This document shows, one piece after another, positions 1 through 11,137 of a stretch of 64,000 nt of DNA. The stretch comes from Balneolaceae bacterium (GTDB lineage Bacteria; Bacteroidota; Rhodothermia; Balneolales; Balneolaceae). The notes beneath the pieces were generated by a model. The model did not search any database. It worked only from the letters and a program-made list of their open reading frames with translations, and was not told the origin of the DNA. The position numbers were made by a program, and so were the translations under genes. The stretch is from the NCBI GenBank assembly GCA_034521835.1, contig JAXHMA010000010.1:194301-258300 (forward strand), read 5' to 3'. The first letter of the stretch is position 1, and each line of letters begins with the position of its first letter.

Positions 1-173
1 CGGTATTTGGACTTGTTAATCTTTGGCTTATCGTAGAATATCTGCTTAAGCTTGAACCCGATCATCCGCTCAATGGAAAACCGCAGTTCCTTGCCCCGAA
101 TTTTAAAGATCTGGCTCAACATTTCATTGATAATGGTTACAAAAAGGCTGAAGAGCAGAAAGACAAAAATTAG
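1..173 (+). CDS. 3' end of a gene truncated by the window edge, function unknown
   Basis: Open frame ...GLVNLWLIVEYLLKLEPDHP...KAEEQKDKN* ending at TAG ~173. Confidence 0.4.
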   Translation, partial: VFGLVNLWLIVEYLLKLEPDHPLNGKPQFLAPNFKDLAQHFIDNGYKKAEEQKDKN

Positions 174-433
174 TCCGATTACCACATCGAGAGCTACAAT
201 ACCAAACATGAGATACCCTTTTTAATTCAAGATGAATTTATGCCGCACTGGTATAATTTTTTTATCCAGCTTTGGCCTGTTCTGACAACACTCCTATCAT
301 GCTAAATATCAGTGACTTAAAAACAAAATATATTTTATTTACTGGTATCATATGTCCCAAAAAAGTTGGCGAAAGAACCGACTTATTTAGATATTGGCTT
401 GAATATTAATCGATCGAATTTTCAATATCAGTA

Positions 434-2617
434 ATGATTGATCAGGCAAGGGAAGCCCTCTCGGATGTATTTGGATATCAACAATTTCGTCCGCTCCAGG
501 AAGAAGTTATCGGGCATGTTCTTCAAAAAAATGATGCGCTTGTTGTAATGCCCACCGGTGGCGGAAAATCACTCTGTTACCAGATTCCCGCCCTTATTTT
601 TGATGGACTTACCATCGTCGTTTCCCCTCTCATCTCATTGATGAAGGATCAAGTTGAGCAGCTGGAAGAGTTCGGTATTCGAGCAGTCTGCCTGAACAGC
701 AGCCTTTCAAGAGAGCAATATCGTGAAAACATCCAGATGCTTAAACGCGGCCATTCCTCCTTGCTCTACCTGGCGCCGGAAACACTGCTGCTGGATCGCA
801 CCCTGAATCTGCTAAAGAAACTGCGGGTCGATTCGTTTACGATTGATGAGGCACACTGCATCTCCGAATGGGGGCATGATTTCCGCCCTGAATACCGCCA
901 GCTGGCCGATGTGCGCAAGCATTTTCCGAAGGCCGTCACCATAGCGCTTACAGCTACCGCCACTCCACGGGTGCAGGAAGATATCAAAAAGACCCTGAAG
1001 CTCAGCGAAACGCAGGCGTTCATCGCCAGCTTTAACCGCACAAACTTGTTCCTGGAAATCCGTGACAAGCACAAGCCGTTGGACCAAGTGATCGAATTCA
1101 TCGATGAGCGATCAAATCAATCGGGAATCATCTATTGCTTTTCGCGCCGGCAGGTAGACGAGCTGGCGGGTGACCTGCGGCATGAGGGCTACTCCGTTCG
1201 TCCCTACCACGCGGGCCTCACAGAACAGCAACGAGCCCGTAATCAGGAAGCATTTATCCGGGATGATGTGGATATCATCGTGGCCACCGTGGCGTTTGGG
1301 ATGGGAATTAACAAGCCGGATGTGCGCTTTGTGATCCACCACGACATGCCACAAAATATCGAATCGTATTACCAGCAGATCGGTCGAGCCGGTCGCGACG
1401 GTCTCCGTGCCGACTGCCTTCTGCTGTTCAGCTATTCCGACATCAACAAGATTAAGTATTTCATCAATCAAAAGAGTACCAAAGAACAGGTTGTAGCCCG
1501 CCGGCACCTGAATGCCCTGCTCCAGTTCATCGAAAGCCGTAAGTGTCGCCGTATTCCCTTGATGGATTATTTCGGGGAGGTCTACCCCTCTGACGCCTGC
1601 GATATGTGCGATAATTGCGTGGGGGATGTCAAGGAAGTGGAGGATCTGACGGTTGCGGCCCAAAAATTTCTCTCGGCTGTCGTTCGAACGGGTCAGACTT
1701 TTGGAATTACACATATAACCAATGTACTGCGCGGTTCGGAAGCAAAAACCGTGAAGAAGCATGATCATCATCAACTGCCCACGCACGGGGTGGGACGCGA
1801 ATACTCCAAAAAGCAGTGGAGCAAGCTGGCTCAGCAGCTCATCATCCAGGGCTACCTGAAACGGGACCCGGAATTTGGAGGATTAAAACTGTCGCATCCG
1901 GGGGTAGACCTGTTGAAGGGAGAAGATACGCTCTACGGCCGAATTGCGACACCCGAAAATGATGAAGCCAGCTCGTCATCCCGCAAATCAACCGGCGCTA
2001 ACCAGCTGGATTATGATGACGCCCTGTTCCAGCAGCTGCGCGAAAAACGCAAGCGGCTGGCCGACAAGAACGAGGTGCCTCCATATATCATATTTCCGGA
2101 TACCACGCTTATTGAAATGGCCTGTTACTATCCCCAAAGCAAGCAAAGCCTGAAATCGATTCATGGCATCGGTGCTACCAAGCTGGAGAAGTACGGCGCT
2201 GCATTTAGGGAGGTGATCATGGAATACTGCCGTGAACATAATATTGAAGAAAAGCCAAAACCCCGGCCTGGTGGCTCATCTGCCAGAAGCAGACGCGGGC
2301 GCGGCAATCGGCGCCATCATATGGTGGGACGGGCCTACAACAACGGCCAATCGATCGATTCGCTGAAGCAGGAGTATGATGTTCAAATCAACACAATTCT
2401 GAAACACCTGCTCACCTATTACCGCGAAGGAAATCCACTGAGATCGGAAGGATTCCTGAAGGTTACCGGACTAAGTGGAGAGCAAATTGATGAAGCTATG
2501 AGAGCGTATGAAAAAGAAGGAGCAGAACTACTTCGCCCCGTAAAGGATGATATGGGAGACGATATCAGCTACAAAGAACTTAAAATTATGCGGCTCTATT
2601 ACCTGGCGACCCGGTGA
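434..2617 (+). CDS. recQ: ATP-dependent DNA helicase RecQ (RQC, HRDC and C-terminal HTH)
   Basis: MPTGGGKSLCYQ Walker A, IDEAHCISEWGHDFRP, QIGRAGRDG, CDMCDNC zinc motif, HRDC (PPYIIFPD). Confidence 0.97.
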   Translation: MIDQAREALSDVFGYQQFRPLQEEVIGHVLQKNDALVVMPTGGGKSLCYQIPALIFDGLTIVVSPLISLMKDQVEQLEEFGIRAVCLNSSLSREQYRENIQMLKRGHSSLLYLAPETLLLDRTLNLLKKLRVDSFTIDEAHCISEWGHDFRPEYRQLADVRKHFPKAVTIALTATATPRVQEDIKKTLKLSETQAFIASFNRTNLFLEIRDKHKPLDQVIEFIDERSNQSGIIYCFSRRQVDELAGDLRHEGYSVRPYHAGLTEQQRARNQEAFIRDDVDIIVATVAFGMGINKPDVRFVIHHDMPQNIESYYQQIGRAGRDGLRADCLLLFSYSDINKIKYFINQKSTKEQVVARRHLNALLQFIESRKCRRIPLMDYFGEVYPSDACDMCDNCVGDVKEVEDLTVAAQKFLSAVVRTGQTFGITHITNVLRGSEAKTVKKHDHHQLPTHGVGREYSKKQWSKLAQQLIIQGYLKRDPEFGGLKLSHPGVDLLKGEDTLYGRIATPENDEASSSSRKSTGANQLDYDDALFQQLREKRKRLADKNEVPPYIIFPDTTLIEMACYYPQSKQSLKSIHGIGATKLEKYGAAFREVIMEYCREHNIEEKPKPRPGGSSARSRRGRGNRRHHMVGRAYNNGQSIDSLKQEYDVQINTILKHLLTYYREGNPLRSEGFLKVTGLSGEQIDEAMRAYEKEGAELLRPVKDDMGDDISYKELKIMRLYYLATR

Positions 2618-2831
2618 TAAAAGTCTCTTCCGCAGCCCTATTCATAGTTTTGCGGGATTGATCCGTTGATTTTTTTTAATTGACCTCCCGTATGAGAGCA
2701 TCCAAGACTTTTGGTTCATCTTCAACGATTATTATATACAATTATACAATGCTTCCTCTCACATATCAGGTGATCTTTTCTGTATCATATAACCGAAATT
2801 CGAAGCTCCACGAAGATCTATCGATAACAAC

Positions 2832-4030
2832 ATGAACAACAATATTCTCATTGCTTTTGGCGGTGTATACCGGAACATGAAGTTTCGGTGCTCAGCGCCA
2901 TGCAGGCAATTGCAGCACTGAAGGACACCGACTATACGTTGATTCCCCTGTATATCACCAAATCGGGCAAATGGCTTACCGGAGAATACCTGTTGGACCT
3001 TGAACATTACCAGGATTTAGACGAGTTGGAGCAACAGGCCATTCCCTGCACCTTTTCCCACAATACGATGGGTAAACCGGTGCTCCTGGAGACTGAAAAA
3101 CGAGGCCTGTTTTCTTCGCGACACTCCCATCCTGTTTACGCTGTTCTCCCGGCTTTTCACGGATCAGAGGGAGAAACGGTGCGTTCCAGGGAACGTGTGA
3201 TATGTACAATCTGCCCTTTGCCGGCAGCGGCGTGCTGGCCTCAAGCCTGGGGATGGACAAGGTGAAAGCAAAAGAATTGTGCCGTGCGCACGGCTTCCCC
3301 GTTGTGGATAGTGTATCTTTTTTCGAGTCGGAATGGGAGAAACACCAAGAAGAACTGCTCGGCCAGGTAGAAAGCAATAGGACGATATCCGGTTATCGTA
3401 AAGCCGGTAAACCTGGGCAGCAGTATTGGCGTACAGCGCGCTGAGAGTCGTGATATGCTCATCGAAGCTATTGAAACTGCCTTCCGTTATGATGCCAATC
3501 TGCTGGTAGAAAAGGCAATATCCCCATTAATGGAGATCAACTGTGCCGTTCTTGGCGATCCTGAAGAAGCACGAACCAGCATTTGCGAGCGACCTCTCGG
3601 CAAGGAGGAAACCCTCTCGTTTGAGGACAAATACCAGAGCGACGCCGCCAGCGGCAAGGGGATGGCCTCAGCCGATCGTGAAATACCGGCAGAGTATTTC
3701 CGAGGAGCTTACCGGCAAGATTCAACAAATGGCCCTTTCCATTTTCAAGCAGTTCCGCGCGGCCGGTGGTGGCCCGCCTCGATTTTCTTGTCAATGCTGA
3801 TACCGAAGAAGTTTACTTTAATGAGATTAACACCATACCCGGCTCTTTCTCGTTTTATCTCTGGGAGGAGAGTGACATCTCGATCATGGAACTGATGCTG
3901 GAACTGATCGATATCGGCCCGGAAACAACACCAGCGAAAAATTCGGGCGGGTTCGCAGTTATGAAACGAACTTGTTAAGCCAAAAGGCCGTTCAAGGCAT
4001 TAAGGGACTTAAAAACAAAGATATCCTGAG
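2832..4030 (+). CDS. ddl: D-alanine--D-alanine ligase, split by several indels; 3' end approximate
   Basis: Fragments ILIAFGG..EHEVS, AFHGSEGE, GSGVLASSLGMDK, KPVNLGSSIGV, EINCAVLG, YFNEINTIPGS across ORFs 2888-3978; ATG at 2832. Confidence 0.85.
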
Positions 4031-4098
4031 TCATCAACCGACGATTTTGCTTGATGACGCGCAATCGCACGTACAGATAAAATCAACCAAGACCGGAA

Positions 4099-5595
4099 TT
4101 GATGAAAAAAACCGCTTATAACCTGTTAGGCTCTCTTTTCGTACTTCTACTGGCTACTGGATGTGCCAAACAACCGGAAACTATTGTCATCGATAATGAG
4201 CCTGAATCTCCCGCTGAATTTGGACAGAAAGATACCACGGTCACCTCAACGGACGATGCCGACTTCAAGCAGCTGATTGTCGGGGAGATCGATCCCGATT
4301 ACAACCCTGGATCCCCTTTTTGCCGATAATAACAGCGCCAAACGTACCCTGCAGATCGTATACGAAGGATTGGTGCGATATAACGGCAAGGAAGAGATCA
4401 TCCCTGGCATCGCGGAGCGCTGGGAGGTCAGTGATGATTCCCTGCGATACGGATTTGTTCTGAACGATAATCTTTACTATCACGATAATGCTGTCTTTAG
4501 CAACGGTGTAGGCCGCAAAGTGGTGGCCGGAGATGTAAAATTCGCCTTCGAACGATGGCTCGGAATAGCGTGCCCTCCGATGCCGCTCAGCTTTTTATGG
4601 CTATTGAAGGATTTGAGCCCTACTTCAACGAACAGCATAAGGTTCTGAATCCCGCGTACCGGGAACTTTCCGGCGTCAACGGCATCCAGATCTCCAATGA
4701 CTCCACCGTGGTTTTCGATCTCGCTGAGAAAGATCCGCATTTCCTGCAGAAACTGGCCTCGCCCTACGCTTCCATCTACCCGAGGGAAGCCGTGCAAAAC
4801 AATCCACAAAACTTTGCGCCCGTCGGTTCCGGGCCGTTCCGGTATTCTCAGCAGGTGGGCGACTCCCTCTATGTATTTTCCAAAAACAACGAGTACCAGC
4901 AGCCCGACGACACCGTTCCTGTGTTAGACCGGGTGGATGTGATGGTGGAGACTAATGAATCCCTTCTGCTGAAGGCACTGGCCTCAGGAAATGTGCATTT
5001 GGTCCCCGAGGTAGGTCCCCAGATTCTTAGCAATATTTTGCAACCAAAAAGTGGCATGCTCTCTCCTGCTTATAATTCGGACTATACCTTTGTTAAGCCG
5101 GGCGGAGCCACCACATACGATCTCCAATACAACACAAATTCGGTAACATCGGAGCCTGCTATTCGCTCCCTGTTTTACCGCGTTGATCTCAATAATATTG
5201 CCAACCGCTTGCCAGGTAACCTCATCAATGTTAAAGCCTCCACGGATTCTGTAACCACCGATTCTCTGGAAATGCCCGCAACGGTGCTGAGCACGTATTC
5301 TGAGGATCCATTTCAGCGCTGGTTCCTTCAACAGATATCAAACGAGTGGATGGCAAAACCACAGCTCCAGATCCTGCGTATTCGCACGCCCAGCCGTCAC
5401 ACGGCCCTGTATACCAGCTCTTTTGTACCGACCTTCCCCGGGCAGTCTACCCCAATGCATTCCAATGTGTTGATGCGCTACAGCATACAGCAGTCGGTGT
5501 TGGCCATCAATCAAATTAAGCAGTTGCCATTTAACAGTTTACCCTGGTGGATCGACCTGCGAACCCTGGATATGCCGGGCATCGATAACCTGTAG
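4099..5595 (+). CDS. ABC transporter substrate-binding lipoprotein, family 5 (OppA/DppA-like), frameshifted
   Basis: Lipobox LATGC; TTLDP, YEGLV, PGIAERWEVS, PVGSGPF motifs over ORFs 4099, 4277 and 4555. Confidence 0.8.
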
Positions 5596-5623
5596 GCTCA
5601 AGGACTAGAAAGAACAAGCATTT

Positions 5624-6496
5624 ATGAAATTAGCCGTTGTAGCAAATCCCAAAAAATACTCGGTAAAAAAACCTTTCCTCAAAGCTTTGGACTGGGCCGA
5701 CCGCAATGAGGTTCGTATTTACTTTAGTGATGACCTAATCAAACTCTACGATGGATCAAGACACAAATCCGCCGAAGTTATGGATTCTGAAGAAGCAGCC
5801 ATAAATGAAGCCGACATCGTGATTGCGATGGGCGGCGACGGCACTACGCCTCACACTGCCCGCTTGATGAGAAACATTCAAAAACCGATACTTGGCGTAA
5901 ACAGTGGCCGGCTGGGTTTTATGGCCAATACTCAGCAAGAGAATCTTCCCAGTGCGCTGGAGGCGATCTGCGCGAGCAACTACCGCATCGACAAACGCCA
6001 TTTGCTGCAGGCCGAAGATGGGAACGGCAACATCTACCACGCGCTAAACGAGTTTCTCTTTTCCAAGCGGGATTCCACCTCTATGATCACCGTTGAAGCC
6101 GAATATGATGACATGTTCATTAACACGTACTGGGCTGACGGACTTATTGTGGCTTCTCCTACCGGTTCAACAGCTTATAACCTCTCCTCCGGCGGACCGA
6201 TTGTGATGCCCAACACCGACGTCATGGTCGTAACGCCTATCAATCCCCATACTCTTACAACACGGCCCTTGGTGCTTCCGTCCAATAAATCACTGAAAAT
6301 ATCGGTCGAAAAACAGGAGCATGAGGTTCTGTTTTCTTATGATGGAGCCATAACGGAAATTCAATCCTATCCTTTCCAGGTAAATATAAAACGCTCAAAC
6401 TTTACAATTGATCTTATTGAACTGCCCGATCAGAGCTATTTTGAGACACTACGCAACAAACTGATGTGGGGCATGGACTCACGGAAAAGATATTAG
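5624..6496 (+). CDS. nadK: NAD(+) kinase
   Basis: GGDGT, GVNSGRLGF, ALNE, ADGLIVASPTGSTAYNLSSGGP. Confidence 0.95.
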   Translation: MKLAVVANPKKYSVKKPFLKALDWADRNEVRIYFSDDLIKLYDGSRHKSAEVMDSEEAAINEADIVIAMGGDGTTPHTARLMRNIQKPILGVNSGRLGFMANTQQENLPSALEAICASNYRIDKRHLLQAEDGNGNIYHALNEFLFSKRDSTSMITVEAEYDDMFINTYWADGLIVASPTGSTAYNLSSGGPIVMPNTDVMVVTPINPHTLTTRPLVLPSNKSLKISVEKQEHEVLFSYDGAITEIQSYPFQVNIKRSNFTIDLIELPDQSYFETLRNKLMWGMDSRKRY

Positions 6497-6592
6497 AATT
6501 TTGAATTATGAATTATATTTTCCAGATGGGAAAAGGTTCTGCACTGAGTGTATTTTCTTAAATCAAAAAAATAACATTAAACATTAAATATT

Positions 6593-7549
6593 ATGAAAGT
6601 AACAGTAGTGGGAGCCGGCGGTAATGTCGGTTCTACCGTATCATTGGCAATTGCACAACGGGATTTTGCAAAAGAGGTAGTGATGGTCGACATCGTGCAG
6701 GAGACAAACGGCAAGAAGATCTATCCTTCGAAGGGCCGGGCACTAGACCAGTGGGAATCTGCTCCGATCCACAAGTTTGACACCAAGCTTACCGGTACGG
6801 TGGATTATGAGGATACGGCCGACTCCGACGTTTGTGTGATTACGGCCGGCGTTCCGCGTCGCCCGGGCATGAGTCGCGATGACCTGCTCGAAACCAACGC
6901 CAATATCGTGCAGAGCGTTGTTGAACAGCTCGTTGAGCATTCCCCAAATACGATTCTAATCATCGTCTCCAACCCGCTGGATGTGATGGCCCAGGTAGCG
7001 CTCGAAACCAGCGGCTTCCCTTCCAAACGCGTGATGGGTATGGCCGGCATCCTGGATACCGCTCGCTTCCGCGCCTTCCTGGCTGAAGAGATCGACGTAT
7101 CCCCAAAAGATATTCAGGCACTGCTGCTCGGCGGACATGGCGACACCATGGTACCCCTGCCCCGATTTACAACGGTTTCCGGTATGCCGATTACACATTT
7201 TATCAGTGAAGATCGGCTGGAAGAGATTGTTGAACGCACCAAGAAAGGCGGTGGCGAGCTTGTCAACCTAATGGGCACCTCCGGGTGGTACGCACCCGGC
7301 GCTGCTGCCGCACAGATGGTCGAGGCAATTATGCTGGATCAAAACCGAATATTTCCCTGCGCAGCCTGCCTGAACGGCGAATATGGCCAAAAAGAGCTGT
7401 TTTTAGGGGTTCCCGTAAAGCTGGGACACGGCGGCATAAAGGAAATAATTGAGGTTGATTTAAACAAAGAAGAACAACAACTTGTAGATACATCAGCTGA
7501 TCATGTACACTCCGTTTTGGAGGATTTCCGGAAGCTGATGGACAAATAA
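6593..7549 (+). CDS. mdh: Malate dehydrogenase (LDH-like type)
   Basis: GAGGNVG, TAGVPRRPGMSRDDLL, VSNPLD, GILDTARF, LGGHGD. Confidence 0.95.
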   Translation: MKVTVVGAGGNVGSTVSLAIAQRDFAKEVVMVDIVQETNGKKIYPSKGRALDQWESAPIHKFDTKLTGTVDYEDTADSDVCVITAGVPRRPGMSRDDLLETNANIVQSVVEQLVEHSPNTILIIVSNPLDVMAQVALETSGFPSKRVMGMAGILDTARFRAFLAEEIDVSPKDIQALLLGGHGDTMVPLPRFTTVSGMPITHFISEDRLEEIVERTKKGGGELVNLMGTSGWYAPGAAAAQMVEAIMLDQNRIFPCAACLNGEYGQKELFLGVPVKLGHGGIKEIIEVDLNKEEQQLVDTSADHVHSVLEDFRKLMDK

Positions 7550-7604
7550 ATAATCGCAATAAATCGAAGAACGATAGGCTTCTTCACTACTTGCATTTAC
7601 GCAG

Positions 7605-7640
7605 AAAGGCTCTGCCGACCACAGCAGAGCCTTTTTGCAT
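7605..7640. terminator. Intrinsic (probably bidirectional) terminator after mdh; copy 1 of a 36-bp repeat
   Basis: aaaggctctgc-cgaccaca-gcagagccttt followed by T tract. Confidence 0.8.
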
Positions 7641-7751
7641 GTTAAGAGTATTTCTTACGGAAAAATGAAATCATGCTGTATCCACATCGCACATCTGGGC
7701 GTCTTTAGCGCATATTTCATGGCTGTACACTAACACCTGTTTGCTAAAGAT

Positions 7752-10127
7752 TTAAAACGGTTCGATCTGCAGCGAAAGCTTTCTTTCCACCATTTCTTCG
7801 AATCGCGGATCATCACGAACAGGATCGTAGATTGGATCAGCAAATACAATGGAATCGAAACTTGTAAACTTATCCATTATATCTAATGCTTCCTTATTTT
7901 CACCTGCAAATAAAAATAATATCTTTTTCATAATAGGTGGCATACTGGCTTGCTCAACTTGCTCAAGAGCCTCCTGTTCTTCTCCCCTTATCACCATCTC
8001 TATGAGATCTTCCCCCATATTATCTTCAAGAATTAGATTTGGATATATATCGTGTAAACGCTTCAGCACTGCCCGGGCATCCTCCCCATTCCCCTGACGG
8101 TATAGTCGTTGACTTTGCTTGAGAAGAGCATGATATAGATATAAAAATTGAGAATAGTATCGCGGCTCAATGCTTATTGCTGTTTCAAGCTCCTGTATGG
8201 CCTCTTCAAACTGATAGTTACAGTAGATTGCGTACCCTAAACTTTGATGGGCATGCCAAGACCGGGGATCGCCTGTAACAGCACGTCTCATCTGTGTAAT
8301 ACTCTCCTCAACGCGACCAAGACGAAGAAGCAGCCACCCATACTCACTGCGCAGTTCGCTATGGCTGGGATTAATTGCGATCGCCTGCCTTAATGCTTGT
8401 TCGCTTTCTTCCCAATTTCGATAGTAAATCTGCTCTACCAGCGCTTTTGCCAGATATGCCTCCACATTGGTCGAGTCGAGCATTAACGCACGATCGGCGG
8501 CTTCCAACGCCACTGGTCCCGCCTTATTACGGGGAGTCAAACGAAATAAACCTGACCAAAAAGAGGAGATAGCAAGGCCACCATGTGCGGGTGCAAACGC
8601 AGAATCCCGGCTGATCGCCTCACGGAAAAGGGAGATGGCACGGGTGATTCCTGCTGAATCCCGCCGATCACGCAGATGCTGGGCGCGCAGGTACAAGTGA
8701 TACGCCATTTCATCCACTTGGCGCTGCGTTTCCAGCTGTTCCCGTTCCCTCGGCAATAGTTCTGCGTGTAGCTCATCGGCAATGTTTCTGGCAACCTCAC
8801 TCTGCAGAGCCAGGATGTTCCGTATCGAACCGTTATAGCTTTTAGCCCAAAGATGTCGGTCGGTACCAGCATCAATTAATTGCGCGCTAATGCGCACCTG
8901 CTCGTCAACCCGCTGCACGCTGCCCTCCACGACAACGCTCACTCCCAGCTCATCAGCAATTTCGCGGAGACTTTTCTGCGTGTTCCTGTATTGCATAACG
9001 GAAGTACGCGAGATCACCGATAGATCCCCTACCTGTGCCAGCCGCGTGAGTATCTCCTCGGTCATACCCAGGCTAAAATAATCGGTGCTGTCTTCCGTGC
9101 CGAGATAGGTAAACGGCAATACCGCTACCGATCGACCTTCATTAACGGGCATCTCTGTGCCTCCTGCCATGGTTCCCGACCAAAATGCCCAGATGGCTAC
9201 AGCAACGAGGATCAGAAGTCCGGCCACAGCGCTCCACTTCATGCTGTTGGAGATGCCGGATGCCGTATCCTCCTCCTGCCCCAAATATACAGGAGTGGAA
9301 TCTGCTGTTCCATGACTGGATTTATCTTTAGGAATTTCACCCGAAGAGGTGATAGGGGGCTGCTCAGATTTTGGTTCGGCCGCCCCATGGCGGCCTGGTT
9401 CCTGTACTTCCATATTCTCAACAAGGGCCTTGAGCTTATCTGTAGGCTCCATATCCCATTCCGTGCGCAGGCGTTCGGCATACCTGTCATAGGCCTCCCT
9501 TGCTCCCGCCCTGTCCCCGTTTCGTTTTAGAAGTGCAATCAGGCGTTGCTGTGTTTCACCTGAATACGGCAGGTATTCTGCAGCCCGGTTTGCCCATTTA
9601 CGGGCCATTTTACGATCATTATTTTGTTCTGCTTCTTCAGCAAGAATCCACGCTCCTTCGGCAGCACGCTGCCTGAGCCGCTCGCGTTCGCCGTCGAGCC
9701 AGCTTTGCAGCTCATTGGAGATATCGGGCACATGGAATCCCACCAATAGATCGTCCCGATATAGCTCAAGGGCCTTCCGGACTTCTCCTTCATCAAGGAA
9801 TTGTTCAAAAGCTGTTACATCACACCAAATTTGCTTCCGGTTTATACTAATCTCTTCTGTGCCACGGTTTAATACCACATTATCATTCAGTGAATTCCGT
9901 AGATGATACAGCATATTACTAAGCGCATTCCGGGCGTTTTTCTGCCCTTTTTCAGGCCAAAAAAGGGCAAGGATTTTATCCCGGCGGTGATAGCCTCGGG
10001 GGCGAGCAATCAACAGGTACGTTAAAAGGGCCAGCCGCTTGGAACCCGTTAAAAAGGATTGGTCGTAGGTTTCGTCACTTTTGCGTAGGCTTGTCGTGCC
10101 GAGGATACACAGGCGAAGTTTTGACAT
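7752..10127 (-). CDS. Membrane-anchored transcriptional regulator: SARP-type wHTH/BTAD + TM + TolB-like domain + TPRs
   Basis: N-term RLALLTYL..RDKILALFWP..ARNALSNMLYHLR, WCDV..F, YRDDLLVG..W..ERE; TM AVAGLLILVAVAIW; RSVAVLPF..DYFSLGMTEEILTRL..VISRTSV; TPR repeats. Confidence 0.85.
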   Translation of the reverse strand: MSKLRLCILGTTSLRKSDETYDQSFLTGSKRLALLTYLLIARPRGYHRRDKILALFWPEKGQKNARNALSNMLYHLRNSLNDNVVLNRGTEEISINRKQIWCDVTAFEQFLDEGEVRKALELYRDDLLVGFHVPDISNELQSWLDGERERLRQRAAEGAWILAEEAEQNNDRKMARKWANRAAEYLPYSGETQQRLIALLKRNGDRAGAREAYDRYAERLRTEWDMEPTDKLKALVENMEVQEPGRHGAAEPKSEQPPITSSGEIPKDKSSHGTADSTPVYLGQEEDTASGISNSMKWSAVAGLLILVAVAIWAFWSGTMAGGTEMPVNEGRSVAVLPFTYLGTEDSTDYFSLGMTEEILTRLAQVGDLSVISRTSVMQYRNTQKSLREIADELGVSVVVEGSVQRVDEQVRISAQLIDAGTDRHLWAKSYNGSIRNILALQSEVARNIADELHAELLPREREQLETQRQVDEMAYHLYLRAQHLRDRRDSAGITRAISLFREAISRDSAFAPAHGGLAISSFWSGLFRLTPRNKAGPVALEAADRALMLDSTNVEAYLAKALVEQIYYRNWEESEQALRQAIAINPSHSELRSEYGWLLLRLGRVEESITQMRRAVTGDPRSWHAHQSLGYAIYCNYQFEEAIQELETAISIEPRYYSQFLYLYHALLKQSQRLYRQGNGEDARAVLKRLHDIYPNLILEDNMGEDLIEMVIRGEEQEALEQVEQASMPPIMKKILFLFAGENKEALDIMDKFTSFDSIVFADPIYDPVRDDPRFEEMVERKLSLQIEPF

Positions 10128-10146
10128 AACTCTCTAATTTTTTTGG

Positions 10147-10165
10147 TCTTAGAAGCAATCTAAGA
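10147..10165. promoter_or_regulatory. Palindromic operator candidate TCTTAGA-N5-TCTAAGA (copy 1)
   Basis: Perfect 7-5-7 inverted repeat 20 bp upstream of the regulator ATG; same arms recur at 22520-22538. Confidence 0.55.
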
Positions 10166-10299
10166 AACAAAGGAGACATAGCAAAGAACCCGTCGATACA
10201 TTTGTTTAGAACGTTCATTGACAGGTAAGAAAGGGGAGCATCTAAAAAACCTTACTTGCTCCAGTTCAGACAAGTCAACCTTTACAAACAGGGGAAATC

Positions 10300-10830
10300 A
10301 TGAAAAAACAAAACCACATATCACCCAAAAAAACCAGGAACAGAAACACGCATTCGACATATCATCGCACGGTATCCTATTTTTCTATTCTAATTTTAAG
10401 CTTTGTATTTATGGGAGCCGACTATTCAATGTTACCCAAACCGAATCATGAAAACGGAATTATTGCTGAAGCTTCTGCTATTCATGATCGGGATAGCGAT
10501 CAACATAAATTTATTACTGTTGCCGATGATATCTCCGGTACGTTAGACCCAGAGTATAATATTGAAAGGATTTGCGTGGGGAACGGAATTTTTGCCGCGG
10601 TTGTAAAATACGACAGCCAATACTATGTATTCACTTCAAAATCTCCTCTGAAAAGTTCATACAGAATAATATCCCTGCAAGGCTTAAAATTTAGTGGCCA
10701 ACGTTACATGGAATATGTCGGAGATAGCAGGAATAAAACCACGCGAGTTAGGGTACTCAGCCGCTTCCAGTACAAATACTCAGGATTTGAAGGCGCAAGA
10801 TCGGTATGCAGGCAAGTCACCCAGCGCTGA
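10300..10830 (+). CDS. Hypothetical exported/membrane-anchored protein, divergent from the regulator
   Basis: 176 aa ORF, basic N-terminus then hydrophobic stretch (YFSILILSFVFMG), followed by a terminator. Confidence 0.6.
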   Translation: MKKQNHISPKKTRNRNTHSTYHRTVSYFSILILSFVFMGADYSMLPKPNHENGIIAEASAIHDRDSDQHKFITVADDISGTLDPEYNIERICVGNGIFAAVVKYDSQYYVFTSKSPLKSSYRIISLQGLKFSGQRYMEYVGDSRNKTTRVRVLSRFQYKYSGFEGARSVCRQVTQR

Positions 10831-10872
10831 AAAATCATAGCGACATCAAAAAAACCCACACAACTAAATAGA

Positions 10873-10908
10873 AAAGGCTCTGCCGACCATAGCAGAGCCT
10901 TTTTGCAT
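10873..10908 (+). terminator. Intrinsic terminator; copy 2 of the 36-bp repeat
   Basis: aaaggctctgccgaccatagcagagcctttttgcat, 35/36 identical to 7605-7640. Confidence 0.8.
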
Positions 10909-11137
10909 TTTCATAGTTCCAAAAATCACCGTATTACGTATCTGAACAGACCCCGCCTCCTGACCTCAATATTTATTACAGGAACCTACCGCTTATTTCA
11001 AGACATAAACTCATTAAAATCTATGCTTTAAATGCAGATTTTTCCCTAACGGGCCCGATAACAGAAATAACTGTATCTACACACCATCATTTTTTATATG
11101 AAGTTTACCAACGTTTCCTCAATGGCCCAGCCAGAAA

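Noticed and set aside
766-2239. Numerous antisense or overlapping ORFs in the track (e.g. 1112..1786, 48122..48832, 58605..59423)
   Set aside because: Shadow frames of well-supported genes with no recognisable motifs
7641-7659. Third copy of the TCTTAGA-N5-TCTAAGA operator (gttaagagtatttcttacg)
   Set aside because: Shares an 11-bp core with the 22520 site but the arms are poorly matched, and it lies between convergent gene ends
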